Assembly (NCBI GenBank): GCA_965277285.1
Contig: OZ255721.1
Location: 1,696,001 to 1,760,000, forward strand
Direction: 5' to 3'
Source: Abditibacteriaceae bacterium
Lineage (GTDB): Bacteria; Armatimonadota; Abditibacteriia; Abditibacteriales; Abditibacteriaceae
DNA: 64,000 nt
How positions within the stretch are numbered: the stretch's first letter is position 1; each line of letters starts with the position of its first letter. Below the pieces are notes generated by a model. That model made no database searches. It saw nothing but the letters and a program-made list of their open reading frames with translations, and was not told the DNA's origin. A program made the translations under genes and the position numbers. This document shows positions 1-10,564 of the stretch, one piece after another.

Positions 1-150
1 TACTCGAATGCGCGGTTGATTGGGAGAATTAAACATAGTTAAAAAGTGACCGCCACTCCGTCCGGCATAATTTCCGACAGTCCCGACAATTTTCGACAAA
101 AAAGGCCACCGTTCGCGCGCCAAAGGCAAGCGCAAGCAGCGGCCAAGACG

Positions 151-768
151 TTAACGCGAATAGTATTCAACGATGAGCTGTTCGCTGATGCCAGGTTCGG
201 CATCTTCGCGGCGTGGCAAAGCCAAAACTTCGCCGCTCAGCGACGCCGCATCGAAGCGCAGCCACGCCGGAACGCGACGATTCGGCTGCCCGTTTTCCAA
301 CAAATCCTTGAAATAAGGACGGTTGCGCGAACCCGCTTTCACCGAAATCTTATCGCCCGAGTTCACCGTATAAGAAGCGATGTCAACCGGCTTGCCATTC
401 ACCGTAATATGACCGTGATTGACGATCTGGCGCGCCTGCTGACGCGTTTTGCCCAAACCTAAACGATAAACCGCGTTGTCCAGGCGACGTTCCAGCAAGC
501 TGAAGAAGTTCGCGCCGGTTTCGCCGGTTTCGCGCTTGGCGTGCTCAAAAGTGCGGCGAAACTGCTTTTCCAACATTCCATAGGTGTAGCGCGCCTTCTG
601 CTTTTCGGCCAAACGCAGCGCATAATCCGATTGCTTTTTCTGACGCGCGTTCGGGCCGTGCATTCCCGGAGCAAACGGGCGCTTTTGCAAAATGCGCTCG
701 CCCTTTTCCGAAATACCAAATCCCAAACGACGGCTGACTTTTCCGACAGGTCCACGATAACGAGCCAT
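151..768 (-). CDS. rpsD: 30S ribosomal protein S4
   Basis: MARYRGP...[14 protein letters not shown]...IVEYYSR; follows rpsK. Confidence 0.98.
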   Translation of the reverse strand: MARYRGPVGKVSRRLGFGISEKGERILQKRPFAPGMHGPNARQKKQSDYALRLAEKQKARYTYGMLEKQFRRTFEHAKRETGETGANFFSLLERRLDNAVYRLGLGKTRQQARQIVNHGHITVNGKPVDIASYTVNSGDKISVKAGSRNRPYFKDLLENGQPNRRVPAWLRFDAASLSGEVLALPRREDAEPGISEQLIVEYYSR

Positions 769-915
769 AACGAACAGTTCTCCTCACGACAACACCAACA
801 CTCTTTCTTCTTATCGAGTACTAGATTGGCGCCCGAAAGACGCCAACAAGCCGCGATTCAGCCTTATCAAAGGCGTTGACTTCTCTCGCGTTTTGCGAAA
901 GTTTGAAGCCGCGAA

Positions 916-1299
916 CTAAACGCGGCGACGTTTGCGCGGGCGGCAGCCGTTGTGCGGCATCGGCGTGCAATCGCGGATGTTGCCGATCTCGAGACCGGCA
1001 GCCTGCAACGCGCGGATCGCGGTCTCGCGTCCCGAACCCGGGCCTTTGACGAACACATCGACGCGACGCATTCCCGCATCCATCGCGCGACGCGCCACAT
1101 TTTGCGCCGCGACTTGCGCCGCGAACGGCGTGCCTTTTTTCGTGCCCTTGAAACCAACCGTGCCAGCCGACGACCAACCAAACGAGTTGCCTTCGCCATC
1201 AGTCAAGGTCACAATCGTGTTATTAAACGTGCTCTGAATGTAGGCCTGACCTTTGGCCGCCGCTTTCTTTGCCTTACGCGATGTACGTGCTTCTGCCAT
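916..1299 (-). CDS. rpsK: 30S ribosomal protein S11
   Basis: [23 protein letters not shown] motifs. Confidence 0.98.
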   Translation of the reverse strand: MAEARTSRKAKKAAAKGQAYIQSTFNNTIVTLTDGEGNSFGWSSAGTVGFKGTKKGTPFAAQVAAQNVARRAMDAGMRRVDVFVKGPGSGRETAIRALQAAGLEIGNIRDCTPMPHNGCRPRKRRRV

Positions 1300-1369
1300 T
1301 TCTTCTCCGATGCTTCACTTAATCACCATGCGACAAAGTTCTCTTATCGAGTACTCGATTCGCGGGAAA

Positions 1370-1744
1370 TTACTTCTTGCTGCGCTTGACGCCGACGGTT
1401 TTGCGCGGGCCTTTGCGCGTGCGCGCATTGGTCTTGGTGCGTTGACCGCGAACTGGCAAGCCGCGACGATGACGCACGCCGCGATACGAACCAATTTCGA
1501 TCAAGCGCTTGATGCTGCCGTTGACTTCGCGGCGCAGATCGCCTTCAACGCGATAATCGGCTTCGATAATTTCGCGCAGGCGCGACGCATCAGTTTCGCT
1601 GAGTTCGCGGACGCGCGTGTCGGGATTAATGCCCGCCACTTCTAAAATGCGCTTCGCCGATGTCGGTCCGATGCCGTAAACATAGGTCAGCGCCGTTTCA
1701 ATTCGCTTGTCGCGGGGTAAATCAATCCCGGAAATACGTGCCAT
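1370..1744 (-). CDS. rpsM: 30S ribosomal protein S13
   Basis: [10 protein letters not shown]...[18 protein letters not shown]; start moved to ATG at 1744. Confidence 0.98.
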   Translation of the reverse strand: MARISGIDLPRDKRIETALTYVYGIGPTSAKRILEVAGINPDTRVRELSETDASRLREIIEADYRVEGDLRREVNGSIKRLIEIGSYRGVRHRRGLPVRGQRTKTNARTRKGPRKTVGVKRSKK

Positions 1745-1822
1745 AACTCTCCAGTGATGAGCCATGAGCGATGAGGACTGAGTGAAAACTCATTGCTCAT
1801 CGCTCAACGCTCATTGCTTCTT

Positions 1823-1936
1823 TTAGCCTTGACGCTGCTTGTGCTTCTTGGTCGTGCAAATCACTAAAATCTTGCCGTGACGCTTGATGACACGGCAGTT
1901 TTCGCAACGCGGCTTGACGGATGCGCGAACTTTCAT
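1823..1936 (-). CDS. rpmJ: 50S ribosomal protein L36 (zinc-binding type)
   Basis: Read by hand, not in the ORF track: [37 protein letters not shown]. Confidence 0.97.
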   Translation of the reverse strand: MKVRASVKPRCENCRVIKRHGKILVICTTKKHKQRQG

Positions 1937-1955
1937 AATGCCCTCTTTTCAACCT

Positions 1956-2174
1956 TTATTTATAGCGATACATAATGCGGCCACGCGTCAAGTCGTTGAC
2001 ATTAAGTTCCAACAACACGCGGTCACCTGGCAAAATGCGGATGAAGTTGCGGCGAATGTTGCCCGAAACATGGGCTAAAACTTCATGACCGTTTTCCAAT
2101 TCGACACGAAACATTGCGTTCGGCAACGTCTCGCGCACGGTTCCTTCGACTTCAACACCCTTTTCTTTCGCCAT
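1956..2174 (-). CDS. infA: translation initiation factor IF-1
   Basis: [30 protein letters not shown]. Confidence 0.98.
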   Translation of the reverse strand: MAKEKGVEVEGTVRETLPNAMFRVELENGHEVLAHVSGNIRRNFIRILPGDRVLLELNVNDLTRGRIMYRYK

Positions 2175-2293
2175 CGTTCTCCAATTTCCAACTGCTAAAA
2201 ACTCGACTTAAACGCTTTGGACACGCTCTTTCGAGTACTCGATTCGCCGCTTTGGAGGTTTCACACCAATCGTTTGCGGCAAACCTCGCAATT

Positions 2294-2950
2294 CTAACAC
2301 AAATCGCCCAGCTCGCGCAACCCTTCGCGCACGCGAATTCCAACTTCTTCGCGTGTCCCTACACCCGACACGCTTTTCAAAATACCACGCTCGGCGAAGA
2401 ACGCCAGAACCGGCTGCGTAATGCGTGCATAAACAGAAAGCCGATGCCTTACCGTCGAAGGCTGATCGTCGCTGCGCACTACTAAGGGCGTGCGACAAAT
2501 ATCGCAAACTCCCATCTGGCGTGGCGGCTTTGTCGTCAAGTGATAAACCGCGTTGCATTCGGGACACACAATGCGCCCGACCGCACGCTCGACAATTTTC
2601 TTGTCCGGCACTTCAATGTTGATAACCGCGTTGATTGGTCGCTGCAACTCTCCCAACATCGTTTCCAGTGCGGCAGCTTGCGGCAGCGTGCGCGGATAAC
2701 CATCTAAAACGAAACCCGTCGCGTCGCGCGCCTGCAAACGCTTCCGCATCACTTCATTGACAACTTCATCCGGCACCAGATTTCCGTGCGCAATAAACGA
2801 ACGCGCCAGTTGTCCCAGTTCCGACTCCGACGCCATCTCCGCCCGGAACAAATCGCCGGTCGCAATATGCGGCACACCAACTTCCTCCGCCAGCGTCACG
2901 CCTTGCGTCCCCTTCCCGCTTCCCGGCGGCCCCATCAGAACGATTCGCAT
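2294..2950 (-). CDS. adk: adenylate kinase (zinc LID)
   Basis: GPPGSGKGTQ P-loop, LDGYPRT, CPEC/CDIC; follows secY. Confidence 0.97.
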   Translation of the reverse strand: MRIVLMGPPGSGKGTQGVTLAEEVGVPHIATGDLFRAEMASESELGQLARSFIAHGNLVPDEVVNEVMRKRLQARDATGFVLDGYPRTLPQAAALETMLGELQRPINAVINIEVPDKKIVERAVGRIVCPECNAVYHLTTKPPRQMGVCDICRTPLVVRSDDQPSTVRHRLSVYARITQPVLAFFAERGILKSVSGVGTREEVGIRVREGLRELGDLC

Positions 2951-3066
2951 ATCATTAGGACGTGGCAGTCAGCAGGAAACAGATCGAGTACTCGAATTTG
3001 AAACCGCGTCGCTAAAATGTGCAACGCTCCAACTGCCTTTTGTTTCCTGCCACTGCCTCCTGCCGC

Positions 3067-4386
3067 TCATCGTCCGCGATTCATCTGCTTGGCCAAACCT
3101 TCATACTGGCGCATCTTCAACTGCTGATCCAGGTTCTGCATGATTTCCAATGCCACGCCAACCACGATCAACAAACTCGTGCCGCCCACCAGCGTGATGC
3201 CGCCAGCGCCCGACAGACCGAGCATCGAAGGAACCCACCACTGCATCAGCGCGACTGCCGCCAAAAACACACCACCCGCAAAGGTGATCTTGGTGAGCAC
3301 ACGTTCGATGTAAAGCTGCGTTGGGCGACCAGGCGCATAACCTTGAATCTGCCCGCCGTATTTCTTCAAGTTGTCCGCAAGGTCACGAGTATCGAAAATG
3401 ACCGCCGTGTAGAAATAGGTAAATCCCATTACCAATGCAGCGTACAAAATCGAGGCGACAAAACTATGCGGCGAAAAAATACCTTGAATCCAACTGCAAA
3501 ATGTGACCAATCCACTGGCATCCGTTTTGTGACCGTTCAGATACCATTGCGCGATTTGCCCGGGGAAAAGCACAATCGAGACCGCGAAGATAATCGGAAT
3601 TACGCCCGCCGCCGCCATCTTCAGCGGCAAGTGTGAACGCTGCGCCTGCACCATGCGGCGTCCAGCCTGACGTGCCGCGTATTTCACAGCGATGCGACGT
3701 TCGCCCTGCGTCACGGCAATAATTGCCACAACGGTCAAAACGAAGACGGCGATCAAAGCCAGAACTTGCCAGATCGACGCGGTTTGCAAGGTTTGCCACA
3801 TCTGCTGCGGCAAGCGGTTAACAATTCCCGCGAAGATGATGAACGAAATGCCGTTGCCAACACCTTTTTCCGTGATCTGCTCGCCCAGCCAAATCAGAAA
3901 CATCGTGCCAGCCGTCAGAGTGAGAACGGTTTCAAAGAACTGCGAAGGATTATTAGGAATGACACCCGCCGCCATAAAACCTTTGGCCGCAACGCTCGCT
4001 TGAATCAACGTCAAGCCGATAGCTGCCCAGCGCGTCCACTGCGCCATCTTGCGGCGGCCGTATTCGCCTTCGCGCTGCAATTCCTTGAAGTAAGGGAACG
4101 CAATCGTCAGAATCTGAAAGACGATACTCGACGTAATATACGGCATAATGCCCAGCGCCAAAACCGATAATTTTGACAGCGCGCCGCCGCCGAAAATATC
4201 CAGGAAACCCAGAATTCCCGCGCCGCTACTATTAAATAGGTTCTTCAACGCCTCCTGATTGATGTTCGGCACCACGACGTGCAACGCGGTGACGTACGCC
4301 AGCATCGCGCCCAAGACGAACAACAAACGATTGCGCAATTCCGGCACGCGCCACGACAAAATCAACGGTTCTAAAGCTTTTCTCAT
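3067..4386 (-). CDS. secY: preprotein translocase SecY
   Basis: LGIMPYITSSI, WLGEQITEKGVGNGIS, GGTSLLIVVGV. Confidence 0.98.
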   Translation of the reverse strand: MRKALEPLILSWRVPELRNRLLFVLGAMLAYVTALHVVVPNINQEALKNLFNSSGAGILGFLDIFGGGALSKLSVLALGIMPYITSSIVFQILTIAFPYFKELQREGEYGRRKMAQWTRWAAIGLTLIQASVAAKGFMAAGVIPNNPSQFFETVLTLTAGTMFLIWLGEQITEKGVGNGISFIIFAGIVNRLPQQMWQTLQTASIWQVLALIAVFVLTVVAIIAVTQGERRIAVKYAARQAGRRMVQAQRSHLPLKMAAAGVIPIIFAVSIVLFPGQIAQWYLNGHKTDASGLVTFCSWIQGIFSPHSFVASILYAALVMGFTYFYTAVIFDTRDLADNLKKYGGQIQGYAPGRPTQLYIERVLTKITFAGGVFLAAVALMQWWVPSMLGLSGAGGITLVGGTSLLIVVGVALEIMQNLDQQLKMRQYEGLAKQMNRGR

Positions 4387-4422
4387 GGGATGCTACTTGA
4401 TTTACAGCAATTAAGAACACAC

Positions 4423-4493
4423 AACGAACCAGAAGCGTAAGCAAGGGAGATTCGAGTACTGAATATCTCCCTTGCTCACGCTTCGGGTTCGTT
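4423..4493. repeat. REP-like inverted repeat, family A
   Basis: AACGAACCAGAAGCGTAAGCAAGGGAGA...TCTCCCTTGCTCACGCTTCGGGTTCGTT. Confidence 0.8.
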
Positions 4494-4496
4494 GAA

Positions 4497-4979
4497 TTAC
4501 GCTTCGACTGTTTCGCCGATAATTTCAGCGGTTCCGCCAGCAGCTTCGATTTTCTCGCGCGCTGTTTCGGAAAAATGAATCGCGCGAACGGTCAGGGCGA
4601 CGTTCAATTCGCCAAAACCAAGAACGCGCAGTCCATCATTGCGGCCTTTGACGATGCCAGCGGCGCGTAATTGCGCCGCATCGACAACGGTTCCCGCCGC
4701 GATTTTGCTCAACTGGTGCATATTGACGACGCCGTAATGCTTACGTGTCATGCCGATTGGCATCGCGCCTTTGCCTTTGCCACGCAATTTGGGCAGTCGG
4801 CGATGCAGCGGCGTTTGTCCGCCTTCAAAGCCGGGCACGACGTGGTTACGAGCGCCCTGACCTTTTTGGCCACGCGTCGAAGTTTTGCCGTGTCCCGAGC
4901 CAATGCCACGCCCGACGCGTTTGCGAGCTTTGCGCGCGCCTTTGCCCGGACGCAGGTTTGTCAGTGTTAAAAGTTCCAT
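4497..4979 (-). CDS. rplO: 50S ribosomal protein L15
   Basis: RVGRGIGSGHGKTS, GFEGGQTPLHRRLPK. Confidence 0.98.
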   Translation of the reverse strand: MELLTLTNLRPGKGARKARKRVGRGIGSGHGKTSTRGQKGQGARNHVVPGFEGGQTPLHRRLPKLRGKGKGAMPIGMTRKHYGVVNMHQLSKIAAGTVVDAAQLRAAGIVKGRNDGLRVLGFGELNVALTVRAIHFSETAREKIEAAGGTAEIIGETVEA

Positions 4980-5023
4980 TTCTCTTTCCTGTACGGGCGA
5001 TCCAGTGGATTGCCCGTACGATG

Positions 5024-5224
5024 TTACGCATTCTCGGTGACTTCAAGCAGGTGCTTCACTTTGAAGACCATGCCGCGCACACTATCGTTGGCGGGCAGGT
5101 TGACGACCGCGCCCACCTTGCGCAGTCCGAGAGCGGCCACGGTCGCCTTCTGGCTTTTTTCGAAACCGATCGGGCTTTTCTTCAGCTTGATACTCAATGA
5201 CGGGTTCTGGCTGTCTTGGCTCAT
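5024..5224 (-). CDS. rpmD: 50S ribosomal protein L30
   Basis: KKSPIG...ALGLRK...[13 protein letters not shown]. Confidence 0.96.
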   Translation of the reverse strand: MSQDSQNPSLSIKLKKSPIGFEKSQKATVAALGLRKVGAVVNLPANDSVRGMVFKVKHLLEVTENA

Positions 5225-5756
5225 ACAAACTCGCTTCCTTCAAAATGGCGGGAATCGCCAGGTCGTTCAACTGTTTGCCACGTCGCTTGGCCACATCGGG
5301 CGCCTTCTGCAACGATTTCAAACCTTCCAAAGTCGCATAAACCGTGTTCGTCGCGTTCGAGGAACCCAGCGATTTGGTCAAAATATCTTTGATGCCCGCC
5401 GCTTCCAAAACCGCGCGCGTCGCAGGCCCAGCAATAACGCCAGTTCCTGGAGCGGCCGGCTTCAACAAAACACGCGCCGCGCCCATGCGACCGATAATCA
5501 TGTGCGGAATCGTGCTGTTCAGCAACGGGATTTCGATCAAGTTCTTGCGCGCACGCTGCGAACCTTTGGTAATCGAATCCGGCACGCTGGCCGATTTGCC
5601 CATGCCAACACCGACGTGGCCATTGCCGTCGCCCACGACGACAAGACTCGAAAAACGGCGCTTGCGCCCGCCCTTCACCGTTTTTGAAACCGGCTTCAAT
5701 TGCACGGTTTTTTCAATTTTTAATGCGTCCGGATCAACTGTTTGAAATCTCGCCAC
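5082..5756 (-). CDS. rpsE: 30S ribosomal protein S5 (C-terminus overlaps rpmD)
   Basis: [26 protein letters not shown] start at 5756. Confidence 0.95.
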   Translation of the reverse strand: MARFQTVDPDALKIEKTVQLKPVSKTVKGGRKRRFSSLVVVGDGNGHVGVGMGKSASVPDSITKGSQRARKNLIEIPLLNSTIPHMIIGRMGAARVLLKPAAPGTGVIAGPATRAVLEAAGIKDILTKSLGSSNATNTVYATLEGLKSLQKAPDVAKRRGKQLNDLAIPAILKEASLYEPRQPEPVIEYQAEEKPDRFRKKPEGDRGRSRTAQGGRGRQPARQR

Positions 5757-5843
5757 GTAAAACTCCAGTGATGAGTGATGAGTATTGAGCGATGAGTTCG
5801 AGTACTCGATTGCACTCGTCACTTCTCACTTGTCACTCGCCAC

Positions 5844-6212
5844 TTAAAATGCCAATCCGCCTTCACGAGCGGCTTCTGCAAACTCTTTGATCGAACCGTG
5901 ATAACGGTTGCCGTTGCGGTCGAAAACCGCGCTGTCGATGCCCTTTTCTTTGGCACGCTGCGCAATCGCCAATCCAACAACTTTGGCCGCCGCGCAACTG
6001 CCCTTGCCGCCTTCGACCTGCGCCGCGATTTCGCTTTGCAACGTCGTCGCCGCTGCGACCGTGACACCTGCCACATCGTCAATCAATTGCGCGTGAATAT
6101 GTTTCAGCGTGCGATTGACGCACAAACGCGGACGCTGCGCCGTACCTTTGACTTTCTGGCGCAAGCGCAAGTGGCGGCGCACACGCATATCATTCAACGA
6201 ACGTTTAGCCAT
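5844..6212 (-). CDS. rplR: 50S ribosomal protein L18
   Basis: GTAQRPRL, VFDRNGNRYHG, AAREGGLAF. Confidence 0.98.
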   Translation of the reverse strand: MAKRSLNDMRVRRHLRLRQKVKGTAQRPRLCVNRTLKHIHAQLIDDVAGVTVAAATTLQSEIAAQVEGGKGSCAAAKVVGLAIAQRAKEKGIDSAVFDRNGNRYHGSIKEFAEAAREGGLAF

Positions 6213-6302
6213 AATTCCTCACCGTTATCCACCAGCGATGCGCCCGTGAAGTCGGTTCTTACCTTTATAATCGAGTACTCGATACAACAACTTCAGACGT
6301 CT

Positions 6303-6366
6303 GTAGGACGACCCTTGTGGTCGCCCTCATTCGCCAAATCAGGGCAACCAAAAGGGTCTCCCCTAC
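6303..6366. repeat. GTAG-type REP pair, family C
   Basis: GTAGGACGACCCTTGTGGTCGCCCT...AGGGCAACCAAAAGGGTCTCCCCTAC. Confidence 0.7.
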
Positions 6367-6370
6367 GAAC

Positions 6371-6946
6371 TTACTTTTTCTTGCCTTCCGTCTTGCCCTG
6401 CTTGCGCTTGACGAACTCGCCCTGATAGCGCAAACCCTTGCCTTTGTACGGCTCGACAGGACGGCGTCCGCGCACGTCGGCTGCGAAATCACCCAAAGCC
6501 TGACGGTTATGCGAGCGCAACGTAATCGTCGAGGCCAGAAAGCCGTTTTCCGTCGTCGGCGTCGAAGAAGTCGATTCCGCCGTGACGCCTTCGGGCAACG
6601 GCAAATTGACAGGATGCGAATAACCCAGTGCCATGTTCAACGCTTTGGGTGTCGCTTCAGCACGATAACCAACGCCGCGCAGTTCCAGCACTTTGGCGAA
6701 ACCTTCGCCCGCGCCGACAACCGCGTTGTTGAGCAAAGCGCGCGTCAGGCCGTGCAGCGACTTATGTTTCGTCGAATCGCTGGGACGCGAAACGACCAGT
6801 TGGCCGTCCTGCTGCTCGACTGTAATTTCGGGATTAATCGGCGTCGTGTTAGTGCCTTTCGGCCCTTTCACATACGCCACGCCCTCTTTGATTTCAACTG
6901 TGACGCCCTTGGGAAGTGTAATGGGCGCGCGTCCAATTCGTGACAT
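6371..6946 (-). CDS. rplF: 50S ribosomal protein L6
   Basis: MSRIGR, HGLTRAL, GVGYRA, EPYKGKG. Confidence 0.98.
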   Translation of the reverse strand: MSRIGRAPITLPKGVTVEIKEGVAYVKGPKGTNTTPINPEITVEQQDGQLVVSRPSDSTKHKSLHGLTRALLNNAVVGAGEGFAKVLELRGVGYRAEATPKALNMALGYSHPVNLPLPEGVTAESTSSTPTTENGFLASTITLRSHNRQALGDFAADVRGRRPVEPYKGKGLRYQGEFVKRKQGKTEGKKK

Positions 6947-6960
6947 AGTTTCTCTCCGTC

Positions 6961-7503
6961 CTATAACGTCCGCGAAAACGGGCTACTCGCCCCTTGCGCT
7001 TCCGATTTCTGCTTTTGTTCCCAACTCGACCAATACTTCAAACCACGCGGCAAAATGAAAAACAAATCGACCAGCACAGTTCCCATCGCAAAAGGCGCAA
7101 AATCTCTGATGGACGCGCCCATAAAAAAGAGCGCCAAACCATAAATGGTGCAAGCTTCCGCTAACGCCAAAGCGACGATAGATTGAGTTTGGAACTCACT
7201 TGGCGACATCACTTGAACTGTGAAGGCTCCGAAAGTCGATACATCGCCAATTTTGCCGTTGGTCTTCAGGTACATCCAGCCGATAGATGCCAGCAAAGTA
7301 ACGACGGCCATCGCTGTAAACATCCAGCGCAAAACATCGGCAGGCGGCTTGGGCGCACTTTGCGCATGAGCAGTTCGGCCTTGTGCAATGAAGAAACAAA
7401 CCAAGCCATACATCGCTACAGAACCAACAATCGCGGCGAAGATTATCAGCCAAGTTTGTCGATTTGTTTGCGTCTGAACGCCTGACTTACCATTCATCGC
7501 CAT
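6961..7503 (-). CDS. hypothetical membrane protein (about 4 hydrophobic helices) inside the spc operon
   Basis: 180-aa ORF filling the rpsH-rplF gap, same strand; IVALALAEACTIYGLALFF. Confidence 0.8.
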   Translation of the reverse strand: MAMNGKSGVQTQTNRQTWLIIFAAIVGSVAMYGLVCFFIAQGRTAHAQSAPKPPADVLRWMFTAMAVVTLLASIGWMYLKTNGKIGDVSTFGAFTVQVMSPSEFQTQSIVALALAEACTIYGLALFFMGASIRDFAPFAMGTVLVDLFFILPRGLKYWSSWEQKQKSEAQGASSPFSRTL

Positions 7504-7525
7504 AATCGAGTACTCGAAACGACGT

Positions 7526-7921
7526 TTAATACACTTTCGCCAGCAGTTCCCCGCCGACTCCGGCGCGTTTGGCGGCGCGGTCGGTTAAGACGCCGCGCGG
7601 TGTGGACAAAATTGCCACGCCCAGGCCGCCCAGAACGCGCTCGATGTCGCTTTTGCCGACATAAATGCGGCGTCCCGGCTTCGAGACACGCTCGATGTGC
7701 TGGATGATGCGCTCGCGCGTATCGGTATAGCGCATCGTGACTTTGATGCGGCCCTGCTTGTCATCGGGCTGCACTTCGTAATCGCCGATGTAGCCTTCTT
7801 CTTTCAAAATGCGCGCGATCTCGACTTTAATCTTCGAGGCCGGTTGCGACACTTCGGCATGGCGCGCTGTATTCGCGTTGCGAATCGCCGTCAAAAAATC
7901 GGCAATGGGATCTGTCTGCAT
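7526..7921 (-). CDS. rpsH: 30S ribosomal protein S8
   Basis: TDPIADFLTAIRNA, SKPGRRIY, STPRGV. Confidence 0.98.
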   Translation of the reverse strand: MQTDPIADFLTAIRNANTARHAEVSQPASKIKVEIARILKEEGYIGDYEVQPDDKQGRIKVTMRYTDTRERIIQHIERVSKPGRRIYVGKSDIERVLGGLGVAILSTPRGVLTDRAAKRAGVGGELLAKVY

Positions 7922-7940
7922 CGTTCTGTTTTCCTCTTGC

Positions 7941-8135
7941 TTACCACGAGCTTTTCGTCACGCCGGGAACCAAACCGCGATGGCTCATGCCACGGAAACA
8001 AATGCGGCAAATGCCGAACTTGCGCATATAACCGCGCGGGCGTCCGCACAGATTACAGCGATTCTTCACGCGCGTGCTAAACTTCGGGTTCGCGTTCAAA
8101 CGCTTGGTTTTGGCGATCTGACTTGTCTTGGCCAT
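7941..8135 (-). CDS. rpsN: 30S ribosomal protein S14, zinc type
   Basis: [23 protein letters not shown]. Confidence 0.98.
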   Translation of the reverse strand: MAKTSQIAKTKRLNANPKFSTRVKNRCNLCGRPRGYMRKFGICRICFRGMSHRGLVPGVTKSSW

Positions 8136-8178
8136 TGTTATTCCTAATCGTTTTGTCGAATCGAGTACTCGATTCTCT

Positions 8179-8760
8179 TTACTCGCTCATCAATTCCTGC
8201 GCGGTCGCTTCGCCCGCCGCTTTCTTCATCGGCAAGCCCAAGTGACGCAACAGGAAACGTGCTTCGTCGTCGTTTTGCGCGCTGGTCACAAACGTGATGT
8301 CCATGCCGCGCGTCTTGACAACGTTATCCACATTAATTTCCGGGAAGATGAGCTGCTCGCGCACGCCCATCGAAAAATTGCCGCGCCCGTCAAAGCTCTT
8401 ATCGGAAACGCCCTGGAAGTCGCGGATTCGAGGCAGCGCCGCATGAATCAGGCGATGCACGAATTCCCACATCCGGTCGCCGCGCAAAGTAACAACGCAG
8501 CCAATCGGCATTCCTTCGCGGATTTTGAAGTTGGCGATGGATTTCTTCGCGCGGCGAATCGACGGCTTCTGGCCAGTAATCGTCGCCAGATCGGTCGCAG
8601 CCGCGTCAATCAACTTGGCGTCGTCTTTGGCGTCACCGACGCCCATGTTGACGACAACCTTTTCCAGCCGAGGCACCCGCATCATGTTACTGTAATTGAA
8701 TTGCTTCTGCAATGCCTCGATCACGGATTTTTCGTAATGTTCTTTCAGTTGCGGTGTCAT
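8179..8760 (-). CDS. rplE: 50S ribosomal protein L5
   Basis: [27 protein letters not shown] at 8760. Confidence 0.98.
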   Translation of the reverse strand: MTPQLKEHYEKSVIEALQKQFNYSNMMRVPRLEKVVVNMGVGDAKDDAKLIDAAATDLATITGQKPSIRRAKKSIANFKIREGMPIGCVVTLRGDRMWEFVHRLIHAALPRIRDFQGVSDKSFDGRGNFSMGVREQLIFPEINVDNVVKTRGMDITFVTSAQNDDEARFLLRHLGLPMKKAAGEATAQELMSE

Positions 8761-8896
8761 TTCTTCCTCAAAGACAACGCGCTGCAAATCGAACTGTCGC
8801 TCTCAGGGTTTTCGCCTGTTCGAGTACTCGATTCACTCTCGCCGTCTTCGTTAATTCGTTTGCATGTGTCGCGTACCAGCGACTTTCTACTTTGCC

Positions 8897-9040
8897 AGCG
8901 AGTGAACTCGCGGCTGAGCGGCTTTTGCCGCGTCGTCGGCCTACGCCGACGAAAAACATTCGCAGTCTTGCGTCGACGCAGGCCGATCCGCCTAAGGGCA
9001 CCCGCGTTGCGCAGCAACGCCCAGCCGCGAGTTCACTCGC
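8897..9040. repeat. MITE/REP-like element between rplX and rplE
   Basis: Terminal inverted repeats GCGAGTGAACTCGCGGCTG / CAGCCGCGAGTTCACTCGC with internal hairpins. Confidence 0.6.
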
Positions 9041-9050
9041 AGGCATTGTC

Positions 9051-9413
9051 TCAGCCAATAAGTTCGCCGCTCTTGGCGATGCGAACTTTCTTGCCATCTT
9101 TGGCCGTCTGCATTTTCACGCGCGTCGCTTTCTTCGTTTTGGGATCAACCAGCGCGACTTTTGAGCGATCAATCGGGAATGGTTTTTCAACAACTTCCTG
9201 GCCTTGTCCGCCTGGCCCACCCTGCGCTTTGCGCTGACGATCTTTCATCACGTTGACGCCTTCGACCACGACTTTGCCTTCCTGACGCAAAACGCTCAAG
9301 ACTTTGCGCGGCGTGTTGCTTCTCGCAGCGCCTGACAAAACGATCACATCGTCGCCAGTTTTAATGCCCAGAACGCGGCGGCGCGGTTCGGGCGCTCGTT
9401 TGCTATGTGCCAT
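9051..9413 (-). CDS. rplX: 50S ribosomal protein L24
   Basis: IKTGDDVIVLSG, VVVEGVN, RIAKSGE. Confidence 0.96.
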   Translation of the reverse strand: MAHSKRAPEPRRRVLGIKTGDDVIVLSGAARSNTPRKVLSVLRQEGKVVVEGVNVMKDRQRKAQGGPGGQGQEVVEKPFPIDRSKVALVDPKTKKATRVKMQTAKDGKKVRIAKSGELIG

Positions 9414-9782
9414 TTATACAACCTCCGGTGCCAGGCTGACGATTTTCATAAAACGCTTATCGCGCAATTCGCGCGCGACCGGCCCGAAAATGCGCGTGCC
9501 GCGCGGGTTGCCGTCTTCGTTGATAATCACGCCAGCGTTGTCGTCAAACTTGATATGGCTGCCATCGGCGCGATTGACGCCGGTTACGGTGCGCACGATA
9601 ACGACGCGCACGACCTGGCCTTTTTTCACAGTGGCGCCCGGAATCGCTTCTTTCACCGAACACATAATTTGATCGCCGATGTTGCCGAACTTGGCATTGC
9701 TGCCTTTGAGCACGCCGATGCAAAGCAGTTCGCGCGCTCCCGAATTGTCCGCAGCTCGCAGCCGCGTTTCATGCTGAATCAT
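9414..9782 (-). CDS. rplN: 50S ribosomal protein L14
   Basis: [26 protein letters not shown]. Confidence 0.98.
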   Translation of the reverse strand: MIQHETRLRAADNSGARELLCIGVLKGSNAKFGNIGDQIMCSVKEAIPGATVKKGQVVRVVIVRTVTGVNRADGSHIKFDDNAGVIINEDGNPRGTRIFGPVARELRDKRFMKIVSLAPEVV

Positions 9783-9868
9783 AATTTCTCCAGTCGGCGT
9801 TCGCAGAGTGCAGCCGACAGTGAGAGCTATCGTAGCCCGCCTGCCGCCTGCTTTCTGCCGCTGCCTAC

Positions 9869-10165
9869 TTACTTCGCGCGTTCGACAATTTCGAGGATGC
9901 GCCAGCTCTTATCTTTAGAAATCGGTCGCGTTTCCATGATGCGCACACGGTCGCCGACTTTGCACTCGTTGGTTTCGTCGTGCGCTTTGAAACGCTTGGT
10001 GACGCGCTGTACGCGACCATACAACGGGTGACGCTTCAAACGTACAACCGCGACGACCGCTGTCTTATTCATTTTATCGCTGACAACCAAACCTTCGCGC
10101 ACCTTGCGGGCGCTGCGATCTTCGCTTTCGGTCGTCGCTTCCACTGTCCCAGTTTCTTCCGCCAT
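9869..10165 (-). CDS. rpsQ: 30S ribosomal protein S17
   Basis: [27 protein letters not shown]. Confidence 0.98.
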   Translation of the reverse strand: MAEETGTVEATTESEDRSARKVREGLVVSDKMNKTAVVAVVRLKRHPLYGRVQRVTKRFKAHDETNECKVGDRVRIMETRPISKDKSWRILEIVERAK

Positions 10166-10226
10166 ATTTCGTTCCTCGTTCACTTCTTAACCAATCGAGT
10201 ACTCGATCCGCGCTTTATGTTTGTTC

Positions 10227-10306
10227 AGAACCCTGAGCGTAAGCGACGGGTGAAGTAAAAGTTCTATCAAATTGGTACTTCACCCGTCGCTTACGCTCGG
10301 GGTTCT
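10227..10306. repeat. REP-like inverted repeat, family A
   Basis: AGAACCCTGAGCGTAAGCGACGGGTGAAGTA...TACTTCACCCGTCGCTTACGCTCGGGGTTCT. Confidence 0.85.
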
Positions 10307-10309
10307 TGA

Positions 10310-10564
10310 TTAAACCGTTGCCGCTTTGCGTTCGCGGGCGCCCAATTCGGTGTGAATACGGGCGACCATTTTGCGAATCGCGCGCAGGCGCATCGGGTTT
10401 TCGACGTTCTGCATGATCGCTTGCGTGCGCAAGTTCAAAATTTCCATTTCCACGTCGCGCAAGATTTCGCGCAATTCGGTTTCACCAGCTTCGCGCAAAC
10501 GTTCGCGTTGCTCGTAAACCTTGACCGGCTTGGCGCCGCTCAAATACTTATTCAGATCCGCCAC
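10310..10564 (-). CDS. rpmC: 50S ribosomal protein L29
   Basis: Between rplP and rps[19 protein letters not shown]. Confidence 0.92.
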   Translation of the reverse strand: MADLNKYLSGAKPVKVYEQRERLREAGETELREILRDVEMEILNLRTQAIMQNVENPMRLRAIRKMVARIHTELGARERKAATV

